Shown here: one piece after another, positions 28,210-38,279 of the stretch
How positions within the stretch are numbered: the first letter of the stretch is position 1
Layout: each line of letters opens with the position of its first letter
NCBI GenBank assembly: GCA_045630405.1
Contig: JAZQTC010000022.1
Coordinates: 53,673 to 117,672 of the forward strand
Source of the DNA: Acutalibacteraceae bacterium
GTDB lineage: Bacteria > Bacillota > Clostridia > Oscillospirales > Acutalibacteraceae
DNA: 64,000 bases
Reading direction: 5' to 3'
Translations under genes and position numbers: made by a program
The notes under the pieces: generated by a model
The model's input: only the letters and a program-made list of their open reading frames with translations
Told to the model about the DNA's origin: nothing
Databases searched by the model: none

Positions 28210-28581
28210 ATGAATACAAAACTTTTCAGAAAAGGCGATCTCATCGTCATTATTGCGGTTATTCTTTCAGCTCTGTTTTTCGCTTATTTTGCATATTCGG
28301 GCAACGAAAAAACCGTTGCGGTCATAAGTGTCGACGGGGTTGAGGTTGAAACCGTGGAGCTTTATTCCCTCACGGAAAGGTGTGAGATAAACCTCGGTGG
28401 CGAATATAATATAAAAATCGTTGCGGAAAACAATGGAATACGCTTTGAGCATTCCGATTGCAAGGACAAGCTGTGCGTCAACACAGGCAACCTGAAAAAG
28501 GGCGGTGACGTTGCTGTTTGTCTGCCTGCAAAAACAGTTATAACCGTTACAGGCACAGACGTTGATGCCGTTGTTTACTAA
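28210..28581 (+). CDS. NusG domain II-containing membrane-anchored protein
   Basis: KGD+TM N-terminus, SDCKDKLCV..G, VCLP. Confidence 0.85.
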   Translation: MNTKLFRKGDLIVIIAVILSALFFAYFAYSGNEKTVAVISVDGVEVETVELYSLTERCEINLGGEYNIKIVAENNGIRFEHSDCKDKLCVNTGNLKKGGDVAVCLPAKTVITVTGTDVDAVVY

Positions 28582-28584
28582 ATT

Positions 28585-29106
28585 ATGAAAAAGAATTATA
28601 ACGTTGCACTTGTTGCAATTCTGTGCGCACTTGCGCTGAGTATGGGCTTTCTTGAAAGCCTTATCCCACCTATTCCCCTTTTGCCCCCGGGAGCAAAATT
28701 GGGATTTTCCAACATAATAACCATGTTTGCCGCAGGCAGTCTGGGTTTGCCCTCCGCTTTATTCATAGCGATTATAAAAGGCGGTTTTGCATTCATAACC
28801 CGAGGCGCAACTGCAGGAATAATGAGCCTTTCAGGCGGTATTCTTTCTGCGGCAGCAATGTTTCTGCTTATGAAATACGCACGCAAAGTGCTGGGCCTCA
28901 TCGGAATTTCCGTTATCTGTGCCCTTTGCCACAACGCAGGTCAGCTTGGGGCGGCAATCTTCATAACAGACACGGCAAGCATTGTTTACTATGCCCCTGC
29001 CCTCGCCATTTTCGGAATAGTCACAGGCGCGGTTACGGGTATTATACTCAGGGCGGTTATTCCTGCGCTTGAGAAAATAAAAAATAAATTCGTAAACTTT
29101 CAATAA
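28585..29106 (+). CDS. Gx transporter family protein (ECF S-component-like; often labelled heptaprenyl diphosphate synthase component I)
   Basis: LESLIP...PGAKLGFSN, HNAGQL; canonical context apbE-nusGII-Gx. Confidence 0.85.
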   Translation: MKKNYNVALVAILCALALSMGFLESLIPPIPLLPPGAKLGFSNIITMFAAGSLGLPSALFIAIIKGGFAFITRGATAGIMSLSGGILSAAAMFLLMKYARKVLGLIGISVICALCHNAGQLGAAIFITDTASIVYYAPALAIFGIVTGAVTGIILRAVIPALEKIKNKFVNFQ

Positions 29107-29124
29107 AAGTCAGGAGGAATATTT

Positions 29125-30474
29125 ATGGCCAAGACCAGACTTGACGGTGTTTTGCAGGCTGTCAAAAAGGTCAGAGGCGGCGTTAAGGTTGCTCACCACA
29201 AAAACACCGCCGAAAAGGAAGTTGAAAGACTTCCCATACCCTCAAAGGTAGTTATCCCTATGCAACAGCATATCGGTGCACCCTGCGACCCCGTTGTCAA
29301 AGCAGGCGATATTGTTGCAGTTGGTCAGCTCATCGGTGACTCGGATAAATACGTCAGCGCCCCCATTCACGCTTCCGTTTCAGGCAAGGTTGTTGCTGTT
29401 GGCGACGTCAAGCTTCCCAACGGTGTTATGTCAAAGGCTGTCACAATCGAATCCGACGGTGAAATGAGACTCTGGGAGGGCATCACTCCCCCCGAGGTCA
29501 ACACAAGAGAAGACCTTATCAAAGCAGTCCGTGCTTCAGGTCTTGTAGGCCTTGGCGGCGCAGGTTTCCCCGCTCACGTCAAGCTCAATTTCCCTGCTGA
29601 CAAAAATATTGACACCCTTGTTATCAATGCGGCTGAATGCGAGCCTTACATTACGGTTGACTACCGCGAATGTATGGAGAATTCCTGGGACATCCTTGCA
29701 GGTGTTTATCTGCTCAAGGATTTGCTGGGCTTCAAGCAGGTTGTCATCGCAGTTGAGGACAACAAACCCGAAGCATTCAAAGTTCTCAAGAACATTGCTG
29801 ACCATAAGGAAGACGTCCGTGATGAAGTAAAACTTATGACTCTGGAGTCAAAGTATCCTCAGGGCGCGGAAAAAATGATGGTTCAGTCCGCAACAGGCAG
29901 AAAAGTTCCTCCCGGAAAGCTTCCCGCAGACGTTGGTTGCGTTGTTATGAACGTTGCATCAGTTGCATTCATTGCACGCTACATAAAGACAGGCAAGCCT
30001 CTTGTCAGCCGTTCTCTCACAGTTGACGGTTCTGCAATCGCAAATCCCAAAAACGTAAGAGTTCCCGTTGGCACAAACATCGGTGATATCATTGAATTCT
30101 GCGGTGGTTTCAAAGGAGAACCCTGCAAAATTCTGACAGGCGGACCTATGATGGGTCTCGCAATAGTAGGCACAGACCTTCCCGTGCTCAAGCAGAACAA
30201 CGCTCTCCTTGCATTCTCAAAGGATGATGCCGTTCTCAAAGATGAAACAGACTGTATCCGTTGCGGACGCTGTGCAAATGCCTGCCCCATGAGCCTTATG
30301 CCCACAAATATCGTCAGAGCCGCAAAAGCAAAGGACGCTGCTCTGCTCAGCAAGCTTGGCACAATGGTTTGTATGGAATGCGGAAGCTGTTCATTTGCTT
30401 GCCCTGCAGGCAAGCCCCTTGTTCAGCATATGCGACTTGCAAAAACAATTATCAGAGAGGAGGGCAATAAATAA
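29125..30474 (+). CDS. rnfC: Rnf complex subunit C
   Basis: QHIGAP, GLGGAGFP, NAAECEPY, two 4Fe-4S motifs CIRCGRC..C and CMECGSC. Confidence 0.95.
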   Translation: MAKTRLDGVLQAVKKVRGGVKVAHHKNTAEKEVERLPIPSKVVIPMQQHIGAPCDPVVKAGDIVAVGQLIGDSDKYVSAPIHASVSGKVVAVGDVKLPNGVMSKAVTIESDGEMRLWEGITPPEVNTREDLIKAVRASGLVGLGGAGFPAHVKLNFPADKNIDTLVINAAECEPYITVDYRECMENSWDILAGVYLLKDLLGFKQVVIAVEDNKPEAFKVLKNIADHKEDVRDEVKLMTLESKYPQGAEKMMVQSATGRKVPPGKLPADVGCVVMNVASVAFIARYIKTGKPLVSRSLTVDGSAIANPKNVRVPVGTNIGDIIEFCGGFKGEPCKILTGGPMMGLAIVGTDLPVLKQNNALLAFSKDDAVLKDETDCIRCGRCANACPMSLMPTNIVRAAKAKDAALLSKLGTMVCMECGSCSFACPAGKPLVQHMRLAKTIIREEGNK

Positions 30475-31463
30475 TGGTAAACGGTAAAAAACTGGTTGTC
30501 AGCGCATCACCTCACCTGCGCACAAAAGACACAACAACAAGAATAATGCTGGATGTTATCATCGCTCTTCTGCCCGCCCTCGGTGCATCAACAGCTATTT
30601 TCGGACCCCGTGTCCTTGCCGTTACGGCAACAACCGTTCTCAGCGCAGTTCTTTCAGAATACGTTGCAAGAAAGGTTATGAAACGTCACAACACAATCAA
30701 AGACCTGAGCGCAGTTGTAACCGGTCTTATTCTTGCATTCAACCTGCCCGTCAGCATTCCTCTGTGGATGGCTGCAATCGGCAGTTTCTTTGCAATCGTT
30801 GTTGTCAAGCAGTTCTTTGGCGGCATCGGTCAGAACTTTGCAAATCCCGCCATTGCGGCAAGAATTTTCCTGCTCATCAGCTTTGGTCAGCAGATGGGCA
30901 ACTGGACTGCTCCCCTTGCATGGAAATCAGCTGATGCGGTTTCTTCCGCAACGCCCCTTGCAATCCTCGGCGGCGAAACAGCGGAAACTCTGCCCTCACT
31001 GGTTGATATGCTCATCGGTGTCAGAGGCGGCAGCCTTGGCGAAACCTGCTCAATCGCTCTTATTCTGGGCGGAATTTACCTCATTGCAAGAAAGGTTATT
31101 GCTCCCAACATTCCCGTTGCATATATCGGCACAGTTGCCGTTGTGATGCTTATTGCAGGCAAGTTTGACCTTGAATTCCTTGCATATCAGCTCATGGGCG
31201 GCGGTCTTCTCATCGGTGCATTCTTTATGGCAACCGACTATTCAACAAGCCCCATCCGCGGAAGCGCAAAAATCGTTTTCGGTATCGGCTGCGGTCTTAT
31301 CACTTGCATAATCAGACTTTTCGGCTCATTGCCCGAAGGTGTTTCATTCGCAATTCTTATTATGAATCTCCTTGTTCCTCATATTGAATCTCTTATGGCT
31401 CCCAAGCCCTTCGGTACAGTCAAGGAAAAAAAGTCAAAAGCAAAGGAGGGCGAGGCAAAATGA
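30474..31463 (+). CDS. rnfD: Rnf complex subunit D
   Basis: SPH, FGGIGQNFANPA, DAVSSATP flavinylation site, GSLGET, ATDY. Confidence 0.95.
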   Translation: MVNGKKLVVSASPHLRTKDTTTRIMLDVIIALLPALGASTAIFGPRVLAVTATTVLSAVLSEYVARKVMKRHNTIKDLSAVVTGLILAFNLPVSIPLWMAAIGSFFAIVVVKQFFGGIGQNFANPAIAARIFLLISFGQQMGNWTAPLAWKSADAVSSATPLAILGGETAETLPSLVDMLIGVRGGSLGETCSIALILGGIYLIARKVIAPNIPVAYIGTVAVVMLIAGKFDLEFLAYQLMGGGLLIGAFFMATDYSTSPIRGSAKIVFGIGCGLITCIIRLFGSLPEGVSFAILIMNLLVPHIESLMAPKPFGTVKEKKSKAKEGEAK

Positions 31464-32014
31464 AAAGCTTAAAGGAATATATTGTCCCCACGGTAACACT
31501 CTTCATCATCTGCCTTGTTGCAACCCTTCTTCTCGGCGTTACAAATTCAGTTACCGCACCTATCATTGCAGACCTTGCGGTTGAAACTGAAAAGAAATCA
31601 AGACAGGTTGTTTTTGCCGATGCTTCATCATTCAGTGAAGCAGAAATTCTTGAAGACGGCACAAGTATCGTTGCCGCCCTCGACGAATCAGGCAACGTTA
31701 TCGGTCACGTTGTTGTAAACGTAGCAAAAGGCTACGGCGGAGATATGTCCGTTATGACAGGTGTTGACGCTGACGGCAAGGTTACGGGAATCAACATCCT
31801 TTCCCATTCCGAAACCGCAGGTCTTGGCGCAAAAGCAACGGAAGACAGCTTCCGTGACAGATTTGTGGGTCTTATTCAGGGAATCACAGTTTCCAAGGAT
31901 AAGGCAGGCGACAATTCAATCGACGCCATCACAGGCGCAACAATAACATCAAGGGCGGTTGTTGAAGCTGTCAACGCCGCAATCGAAGCAGCAGGAGGTG
32001 CAGACAATGGCTGA
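31460..32014 (+). CDS. rnfG: Rnf complex subunit G
   Basis: N-terminal TM, KGYGG, ETAGLG, DAITGATITS FMN-attachment motif. Confidence 0.95.
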   Translation: MKSLKEYIVPTVTLFIICLVATLLLGVTNSVTAPIIADLAVETEKKSRQVVFADASSFSEAEILEDGTSIVAALDESGNVIGHVVVNVAKGYGGDMSVMTGVDADGKVTGINILSHSETAGLGAKATEDSFRDRFVGLIQGITVSKDKAGDNSIDAITGATITSRAVVEAVNAAIEAAGGADNG

Positions 32015-32783
32015 GAAAAAATCCCTCGGTAAAGAATTTACCAAAGGTCTGATTGCAGAAAATCCTGTTTTCCGCCTTGCGCTGGGCACCTGCCCCACCC
32101 TTGCAACAACAACAAGTCTTGTCAATGCTCTCGGTATGGGCATTTCGGCAATGATTGTTCTTGTTTGCTCAAACATCGTTATTTCACTTCTCAGAAAAGT
32201 TATTCCCTCAAAGGTGCGTATCCCTGCTTACATAGTTGTTATCGCATCTTTCGTTACAATCGTTCAGATGCTTGTAAAGGCTTTTGTGCCTGCACTTGAC
32301 TCTGCATTGGGCGTTTTCCTGCCCCTTATCGTTGTTAACTGCATCATCCTTGGCAGAGCCGAAGCTTTTGCAGGCAAGAATTCCGTTGTTGCATCTGCTG
32401 TTGACGGACTTGGCATGGGCGTTGGTTTCACAATTGCACTTTGCCTTATGGCGGCTGTCAGAGAAGTCCTCGGCGCAGGCACAATCTTTGCAGGCGCACA
32501 GAATCTTCTTGTTCTCTTCGGTGAGAACGTTCTCGGCGGTTTCAACGGCTTCACACTTCCCTGGACAGAATATCTTTCACCTATGACGGTATTCATCCTC
32601 GCTCCCGGCGGTTTCCTCACCTTCGGTCTGCTTATGGCTTGTGCAAACAGACTTGCGGAAAGCAAAGGCAAACCCAAAGCAGAGCTTGGCGGATGCAAGG
32701 CTTGTCCCATGGCTAAAAACTGCGCACTTCTTGCTGACGGCAAGGCTTGCGACAACGAAAAGAAGGAGGGCAAGACAGTATGA
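32007..32783 (+). CDS. rnfE: Rnf complex subunit E
   Basis: ENPVF..LGTCP.LA, LPLIVVNCIILGRAE; ATG 32007 after GGAGG. Confidence 0.95.
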   Translation: MAEKKSLGKEFTKGLIAENPVFRLALGTCPTLATTTSLVNALGMGISAMIVLVCSNIVISLLRKVIPSKVRIPAYIVVIASFVTIVQMLVKAFVPALDSALGVFLPLIVVNCIILGRAEAFAGKNSVVASAVDGLGMGVGFTIALCLMAAVREVLGAGTIFAGAQNLLVLFGENVLGGFNGFTLPWTEYLSPMTVFILAPGGFLTFGLLMACANRLAESKGKPKAELGGCKACPMAKNCALLADGKACDNEKKEGKTV

Positions 32784-33379
32784 TTCTGGTAAAATCTTTT
32801 CTTGCAATTATTCTGACATCCGTTCTCACAGAAAACTTTGTTCTCTGTAAATTTCTCGGCATATGCCCCTTCCTCGGTGTTTCAAAGAAGCTTAATACCG
32901 CAGTCGGTATGTCAGCGGCAGTTATCTTTGTTATGGCTCTTGCAACAGCCGTAACCTATCCCATCAACAAGTTCCTTCTCGTGGCAAACGGTCTTGAATA
33001 TCTTCAGACAATCGTATTCATTCTCGTTATTGCTGCTCTTGTTCAGCTTGTTGAGCTTGTTCTCAAAAAGTTTATGCCCCCTCTTTACAATGCGCTGGGC
33101 ATTTATCTTCCCCTTATCACAACAAACTGCGCTGTTCTCGGCGTTGTTCTTCTCAACCAGACAAAGGGCTACGGATTTGCTGAATCAATGGTAAACAGCA
33201 TCGGTGCAGGTCTGGGCTTTATGGTTGCAATGGTTATTTTCTCAGGCGTACGCAGCAGGCTTGAGGGCGCAGATATCCCCAAATTCCTTCAGGGTCTGCC
33301 CATCGTTCTGATTGCCGCATCCATCGTTTCACTTTCGTTCATGGGCTTCACAGGTCTTGTTGACGGAATATTCGCTTAA
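32780..33379 (+). CDS. rnfA: Rnf complex subunit A
   Basis: FLGICPFLGVS, LPLITTNCAVLG; ATG 32780 after AAGGAGG. Confidence 0.95.
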   Translation: MILVKSFLAIILTSVLTENFVLCKFLGICPFLGVSKKLNTAVGMSAAVIFVMALATAVTYPINKFLLVANGLEYLQTIVFILVIAALVQLVELVLKKFMPPLYNALGIYLPLITTNCAVLGVVLLNQTKGYGFAESMVNSIGAGLGFMVAMVIFSGVRSRLEGADIPKFLQGLPIVLIAASIVSLSFMGFTGLVDGIFA

Positions 33380-33393
33380 GGAGGTAACGAAAA

Positions 33394-34203
33394 ATGAATC
33401 CTATTGCTATGGCTGTAATTATCGTTGCCGCTATCGGTTTTATTGCAGGTCTCGGACTCTCAATAGCATCCAAGATTTTTGCTGTTCCCGTTGACGAAAA
33501 GGCAGAAGCTATCAGAGAATGCCTTCCCGGTGCAAACTGCGGTGCTTGCGGATTTTCAGGCTGTGACGGCTATGCATCTGCACTTTCAAAAGGCGAAACA
33601 ACAGAAACCGCACTTTGCTCACCCGGCGGAAACGACGTTGCAAAGGCAATCGGCGAAATCACAGGTCTTGCAGCAGGCGAGGTTAAGCCTATGGCGGCTG
33701 TTGTGCTCTGTCAGGGTCATAACGAAAATGCCGCAACAAAGCTTGAATATCAGGGCGTACAGAGCTGTAAAATGGCTGCCCAGATTTTCGGCGGTCCCAA
33801 GGAATGTATCTACGGATGCCTCGGCTTCGGTGACTGCGTTGAAGCCTGCCCCTACGATGCAATCAGCATCTGCAACGGTGTTGCACGAATCAACCCCTAT
33901 GCCTGCAAGGCTTGCAAAATGTGCATAAAAACCTGCCCCAAGGCTCTTATCGAGCTTCTTCCCCTTCACGAATCAAAAGCCGCGGTTCTTTGTAAGAACC
34001 ACGACAAAGGTGCAGTTACACGAAAAGAATGCACCGCAGGTTGCATCGGCTGTATGAAGTGTGTCAAGGCTTGCGAAGTCGGAGCAGTTACAATTGATAA
34101 ATTCTGCGCAAAAGTTGATTATGAAAAGTGCACGGGCTGCGGCAATTGCCACGCAGAATGCCCCGTTGGCGCAATTGACATAATGACTCTCGCAAACGCA
34201 TAA
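33394..34203 (+). CDS. rnfB: Rnf complex subunit B (polyferredoxin)
   Basis: LPGANCGACGFSGC plus four CxxCxxCxxxC(P) motifs. Confidence 0.95.
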   Translation: MNPIAMAVIIVAAIGFIAGLGLSIASKIFAVPVDEKAEAIRECLPGANCGACGFSGCDGYASALSKGETTETALCSPGGNDVAKAIGEITGLAAGEVKPMAAVVLCQGHNENAATKLEYQGVQSCKMAAQIFGGPKECIYGCLGFGDCVEACPYDAISICNGVARINPYACKACKMCIKTCPKALIELLPLHESKAAVLCKNHDKGAVTRKECTAGCIGCMKCVKACEVGAVTIDKFCAKVDYEKCTGCGNCHAECPVGAIDIMTLANA

Positions 34204-34223
34204 TTGAATCAAGTCAAAAAATC

Positions 34224-34249
34224 AAGGGACTGTTTTCACAGTCCCTTTT
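34224..34249. terminator. Bidirectional terminator after rnfB
   Basis: AAGGGACTG-ttttca-CAGTCCCTT-TT. Confidence 0.7.
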
Positions 34250-34250
34250 C

Positions 34251-34589
34251 TTATGCTCTGTATTTGACAAAAACCGATTTGACAAGGTCAAGAAAGCTTT
34301 TTTCGCCCACGGTGTTTATCTTGAATATCATCGCCTGACTTCCGCCCGACGTGATTGCAGATGCAAAAATCCTGCCGTCCGCTTCAAGCAACGTAACGCT
34401 CATACTCACTCTGCTCTGACCCGTAACGCTGTATCTCTCATAAATATGAACTGCGCACCTTGAGTTTTCCGTTTTAAAAAAGCTTTTGTCCTCAAGGATT
34501 GCGGTTGAACTGTTGACGAGAATCGCATTGTTGATTTCCTGAAGTATAAGGTCAAAATTCCCCTTGAGTTCAGCCTCAAGCTTTGCCAT
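34251..34589 (-). CDS. DUF6054-like conserved hypothetical protein
   Basis: YERYS....SRVSMSVTL...SGGSQAM pattern. Confidence 0.7.
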   Translation of the reverse strand: MAKLEAELKGNFDLILQEINNAILVNSSTAILEDKSFFKTENSRCAVHIYERYSVTGQSRVSMSVTLLEADGRIFASAITSGGSQAMIFKINTVGEKSFLDLVKSVFVKYRA

Positions 34590-34637
34590 AATAATCTCCT
34601 TTACAAAAAGCGGTCACCGAAGTGACCGCCTTCGTTT

Positions 34638-36464
34638 TTATGCTTTTTTATTGGTAACTGATTTAAGAACAAGGAGAGCTGCAACTGTGAGCACCGCACC
34701 AACGGGAAGAGCAACTATTGCAAGACCCGAGCCTGCAAGTGCACCTGCGATAATATACGTTACGAATGAAATAGCCGCAACGGTAAGTGCATAGGGAAGC
34801 TGGGTTGAAACGTGGTTGATGTGGTTGCACTGTGCACCTGCGGAAGCCATAATTGTTGTGTCCGAAATGGGTGAGCAGTGGTCACCGCAAACTGCGCCTG
34901 CCATACAAGCTGAAATTGCAACGATTGTGAGAGGATTGGTTGCCTCAAATACGCTGAGAACGATGGGGATAAGAATACCGAATGTGCCCCATGAGGTGCC
35001 TGTTGCAAATGAAAGACCAACTGCAATAAGGAAGATGATTGCAGGAAGAAGTGCCTGGAATGCGCCTGCGCTGCCTTCAACAAGCTGTGAAATATAAATC
35101 TTTGCGCCAAGGCTGTCTGTCATAGCCTTAAGAGTCCAGGCGCAGGTAAGAATAAGGATTGCGGGAACCATTGCCTTGAAGCCTTCGGGAAGAGAACCCA
35201 TAGCATCCTTGAAGCTGATAACTCTTCTGACAAGAAGATATGCAACTGTGAATACAAATGCAATTGCCGAGCCGATAACAAGACCGACGGAAGCATCTGA
35301 GTTTGAGAATGCATCGATGAAGCTTTCACCGCTGAAGAATCCGCCTGAATAGATCATACCGAATACGCAAGCGATGATAAGCACAACAACGGGAAGAACA
35401 AGGTCAATAACCTTACCCTTTGCGTTTGCTTCAACTTCTTCCGCAACAACACGGTCACCTGCTGTGAAGAGGTCGCCCTTTTCAAGAGCGTTCTTTTCGT
35501 GGAGTCTCATGGGACCGTAATCAAGCTTTGTAACTGCAAGAACAACCATCATAAGGATGGTGAAAAGAGCATAGAAGTTAAAGGGAATAGCCTGAACAAA
35601 AAGGCTGATGCCGCTTTCTGCACCTGCGCCTCTTGCAAAGCCTGCAACGGCTGCCGCCCATGAAGAAATGGGAGCGATGATGCAGACGGGAGCTGCAGTA
35701 GCGTCAATAAGGTAAGAAAGCTTTGCTCTTGAAACCTTTTTCTCGTCGCATACGGGACGCATAACCGAACCTACTGTGAGACAGTTGAAATAGTCGTCAA
35801 CGAAGATAAGGCAACCGAGAAGGATTGTTGCAAGCTGAGCACCTGTTCTTGTTTTGATGTGCTTTGAAGCCCATCTGCCGAAAGCTGCCGAGCCGCCTGC
35901 CTTGTTCATCATTGAAACAAGCGCTCCGAGAAGAACAAGGAATACGATGATACCCATATTGTAGCTGTCTGAAAGGCTTGAAACAAAGCCGTCAAACAGA
36001 ACGTGGTTGATTGCGGTTTCAAAGTTGCCGCCTGCATAAATAAAGCCGCCAACAACAATACCGATGATGAGTGATGAGTAAACTTCCTTTGTGATAAGCG
36101 CAAGAACGATTGCGATTACGGGAGGAAGAAGCGCAAGGATTGAAGCGTATGAGCTGATGCTCTCGCGTACCTTTGCAATAGCTGCGTTTATGTTGTTTCT
36201 GAAATCGGGGTCGTTGGTGAGATTGTCTGCGTAGCTGTCAACGTAAGCCTGAGCACCGTCTGCATCATCAAGGTCATATTCACAGATTTCTCCGTCAACG
36301 TCAACTGCAACGATGTTTGATGCAACCGCCTCTTCTGCCATAAGCAATACTGCTTCGCCCTCAACCGCTGCATCTGCTTCAGTTGCAAAACCGAACGAGC
36401 AGAAGATTGAGCCGATTAATGCAACAGCCATCAGAAGTGCAAAAATCTTTGTTCTGCGTGTCAT
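34638..36464 (-). CDS. NhaC-family transporter, probable lysine importer (LysW-like), with N-terminal signal peptide/acidic extension
   Basis: FVDDYFNCL, DATAAP, TGTSWGTFGI, GDHCSPISDTT; lysine riboswitch upstream; start ATG 36464 after GGAGGT. Confidence 0.88.
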   Translation of the reverse strand: MTRRTKIFALLMAVALIGSIFCSFGFATEADAAVEGEAVLLMAEEAVASNIVAVDVDGEICEYDLDDADGAQAYVDSYADNLTNDPDFRNNINAAIAKVRESISSYASILALLPPVIAIVLALITKEVYSSLIIGIVVGGFIYAGGNFETAINHVLFDGFVSSLSDSYNMGIIVFLVLLGALVSMMNKAGGSAAFGRWASKHIKTRTGAQLATILLGCLIFVDDYFNCLTVGSVMRPVCDEKKVSRAKLSYLIDATAAPVCIIAPISSWAAAVAGFARGAGAESGISLFVQAIPFNFYALFTILMMVVLAVTKLDYGPMRLHEKNALEKGDLFTAGDRVVAEEVEANAKGKVIDLVLPVVVLIIACVFGMIYSGGFFSGESFIDAFSNSDASVGLVIGSAIAFVFTVAYLLVRRVISFKDAMGSLPEGFKAMVPAILILTCAWTLKAMTDSLGAKIYISQLVEGSAGAFQALLPAIIFLIAVGLSFATGTSWGTFGILIPIVLSVFEATNPLTIVAISACMAGAVCGDHCSPISDTTIMASAGAQCNHINHVSTQLPYALTVAAISFVTYIIAGALAGSGLAIVALPVGAVLTVAALLVLKSVTNKKA

Positions 36465-36476
36465 TTGAATACCTCC

Positions 36477-36516
36477 AAAAAAATAAGCTCCGATATACAC
36501 GGCTGCATATCGAAGC
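36477..36516 (-). terminator. Expression-platform terminator of the lysine riboswitch
   Basis: Minus strand GCTTCGATATGC-agccgt-GTATATCGGAGC then TTATTTTTT, just upstream of the RBS. Confidence 0.7.
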
Positions 36517-36542
36517 AAAAATCAATGTTATATCAAAGATTC

Positions 36543-36699
36543 AGATAGCGCTCCACAACCGTGACAGTACGTTACATATTCTGCAACGTCCCAGCAAATG
36601 CCGCCTCGGGCAAGCCTGCATTCACTTCGGCAAAAGTTCCTTTCATTCTCCGCTATGCCCTGTGCGCGGGAAATACTCTTAACTTCTGCACCTCTATCA
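36543..36699 (-). ncRNA. Lysine riboswitch (L-box)
   Basis: Minus strand GATAGAGGTGC..AAGAGTA...GAAAGG...GCCGAA...CTGGG...AATA...ACTGTCAC..GTGGAGCGCTATC with closing P1 GATAG/CTATC. Confidence 0.92.
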
Positions 36700-36704
36700 C
36701 TTTG

Positions 36705-36733
36705 ATATTAACTTAATACTCTTTTTTTGTCAA
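36705..36733 (-). promoter_or_regulatory. Sigma-A-type promoter upstream of the lysine riboswitch
   Basis: TTGACA-17 bp-TAATAT. Confidence 0.65.
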
Positions 36734-36741
36734 GGAGAAAA

Positions 36742-37614
36742 TTAACGGTTTTTCAGCAATTCTCCTATTTTTTCGCTGAGTTTCGCCAGTTCTTCCATGC
36801 TCAGACCTTCCGCGCGTACAGAAGGCTCAAAGCCGCATTCTTCAATGGCTCTGATAACCGCATCCTTGGGAATTCCCGAGCCTGCGCTGATTGAATTTGC
36901 GGCAGTTTTTCTGCGCTGACCGAAAGCGGCGTGCACCATTCTGAAGAAAAGTTCTTCATCGGAAATCTGAATTTCAGGCTCTTTTCTGATATCCATACGG
37001 ATAACTGCGCTATCAACCTTTGGTGCAGGCATAAACGAGCCTGCGGTAACGTCAAAAAGCTTTTCCGCCTTTGCGTAGTAATCAACCGCAACCGTAACCG
37101 CACCCGAAAGTCTGCTGCCTACGGGAGCGCAAAGCCTCTGAGCCGCCTCTTTCTGCACCATAACGGTGATTGCCTCAATGGGCAGTCTGCTTTCAAGCAG
37201 GGTCATAATTACGGGAGATGTTATGTAATACGGCAGATTTGCGCAGACGTAAACAGGCATACCCTCAAATTTTTCTTTGATAAGGGCTGCAAGGTCGGTT
37301 TTCAGCACGTCCTGATTGATTATTTCAATGTTATCAAAGTCAGCCAGCGTTTCGTCAAGAATAGGCAGAAGCCTTGTGTCAAGCTCAACGCATACCACTT
37401 TTTTTGCTCTTTTGGCAAGCTCTGCGGTCAACACTCCGATACCTGCACCGATTTCGATTACACCGCAGTTTTCGTCAATTCCGCTTTCCTCCGCCATTCG
37501 GGGACAAACAGACGGATTAACTATAAAATTCTGCCCCAATGCCTTTGAAAAATGGAAACCGTGTCTGCCAAGAATTTCTTTTATTGTTCCAATGTCGGTT
37601 AATTTATACATCAC
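36742..37614 (-). CDS. rsmA: 16S rRNA dimethyltransferase KsgA
   Basis: KALGQNF, EIGAGIG, ANLPYYIT, FGQRRK. Confidence 0.96.
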   Translation of the reverse strand: MMYKLTDIGTIKEILGRHGFHFSKALGQNFIVNPSVCPRMAEESGIDENCGVIEIGAGIGVLTAELAKRAKKVVCVELDTRLLPILDETLADFDNIEIINQDVLKTDLAALIKEKFEGMPVYVCANLPYYITSPVIMTLLESRLPIEAITVMVQKEAAQRLCAPVGSRLSGAVTVAVDYYAKAEKLFDVTAGSFMPAPKVDSAVIRMDIRKEPEIQISDEELFFRMVHAAFGQRRKTAANSISAGSGIPKDAVIRAIEECGFEPSVRAEGLSMEELAKLSEKIGELLKNR

Positions 37615-38279
37615 AGTAACCTCGTATCGTTAATAATAAGCTCAAAATCGCAGCCGAGAAATGCGGCGGATTTTTTGCAAAGCACCATTCTGTCCAGAAA
37701 TATCTCAAAATACTCCATAACGGGGCAGATAAGCGTGTCAATATTGAGGGTCAGGATTATGAGCTTTTCTTCCTTTTTAACCTCAATCCTTGAGCCGAAA
37801 ACCGCATAATTCACTCTGTCGTGAATATCCGTGTAAACGGTTTTTTTGTTACGCACTCTCGTTGTGCGCACGTCGCTTTTATCCGCAAGAATGAGTGCAG
37901 CCGCAACGGGTGTTACGGGTGCGGCGGTTTTCTCGTCGTGATGACCGATCGCGGTTGTGACTGCAATCACATCCTCAACAGGAAATCCCCTTGCCCTGAG
38001 CAAATCAAAAGCCAGCAACGCACCGCTTTGAGCGTGGTCTGCACGGTTAACCATATTGCCGATATCGTGAAGCAAACCTGCAATCTTCACAAGCTCACAT
38101 TCTCTTTCGGAATAACCGAGAGTTTCCAGAATAATACTCGCATCCGTGCCTGTTTTAACGGCGTGCGCCATTCCGTGCTCCGTGTATCCGATTGCTCCCA
38201 GCACCTCATTCGCCGCTTTCACATAGCTTATAATTTCAGCGTCATCCTTCAATTTTTCGTAACTGAACAAAAAACACAC
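37611..38279 (-). CDS. HD-domain phosphohydrolase
   Basis: TEHG..H, LLHDIGN, H, ADKSD; 4-bp overlap with rsmA. Confidence 0.85.
   Translation of the reverse strand: MCFLFSYEKLKDDAEIISYVKAANEVLGAIGYTEHGMAHAVKTGTDASIILETLGYSERECELVKIAGLLHDIGNMVNRADHAQSGALLAFDLLRARGFPVEDVIAVTTAIGHHDEKTAAPVTPVAAALILADKSDVRTTRVRNKKTVYTDIHDRVNYAVFGSRIEVKKEEKLIILTLNIDTLICPVMEYFEIFLDRMVLCKKSAAFLGCDFELIINDTRLL

Noticed and set aside
28585-29106. Heptaprenyl diphosphate synthase enzyme
   Set aside because: No DDxxD motifs; an entirely hydrophobic S-component-like protein, so the family name is historical.
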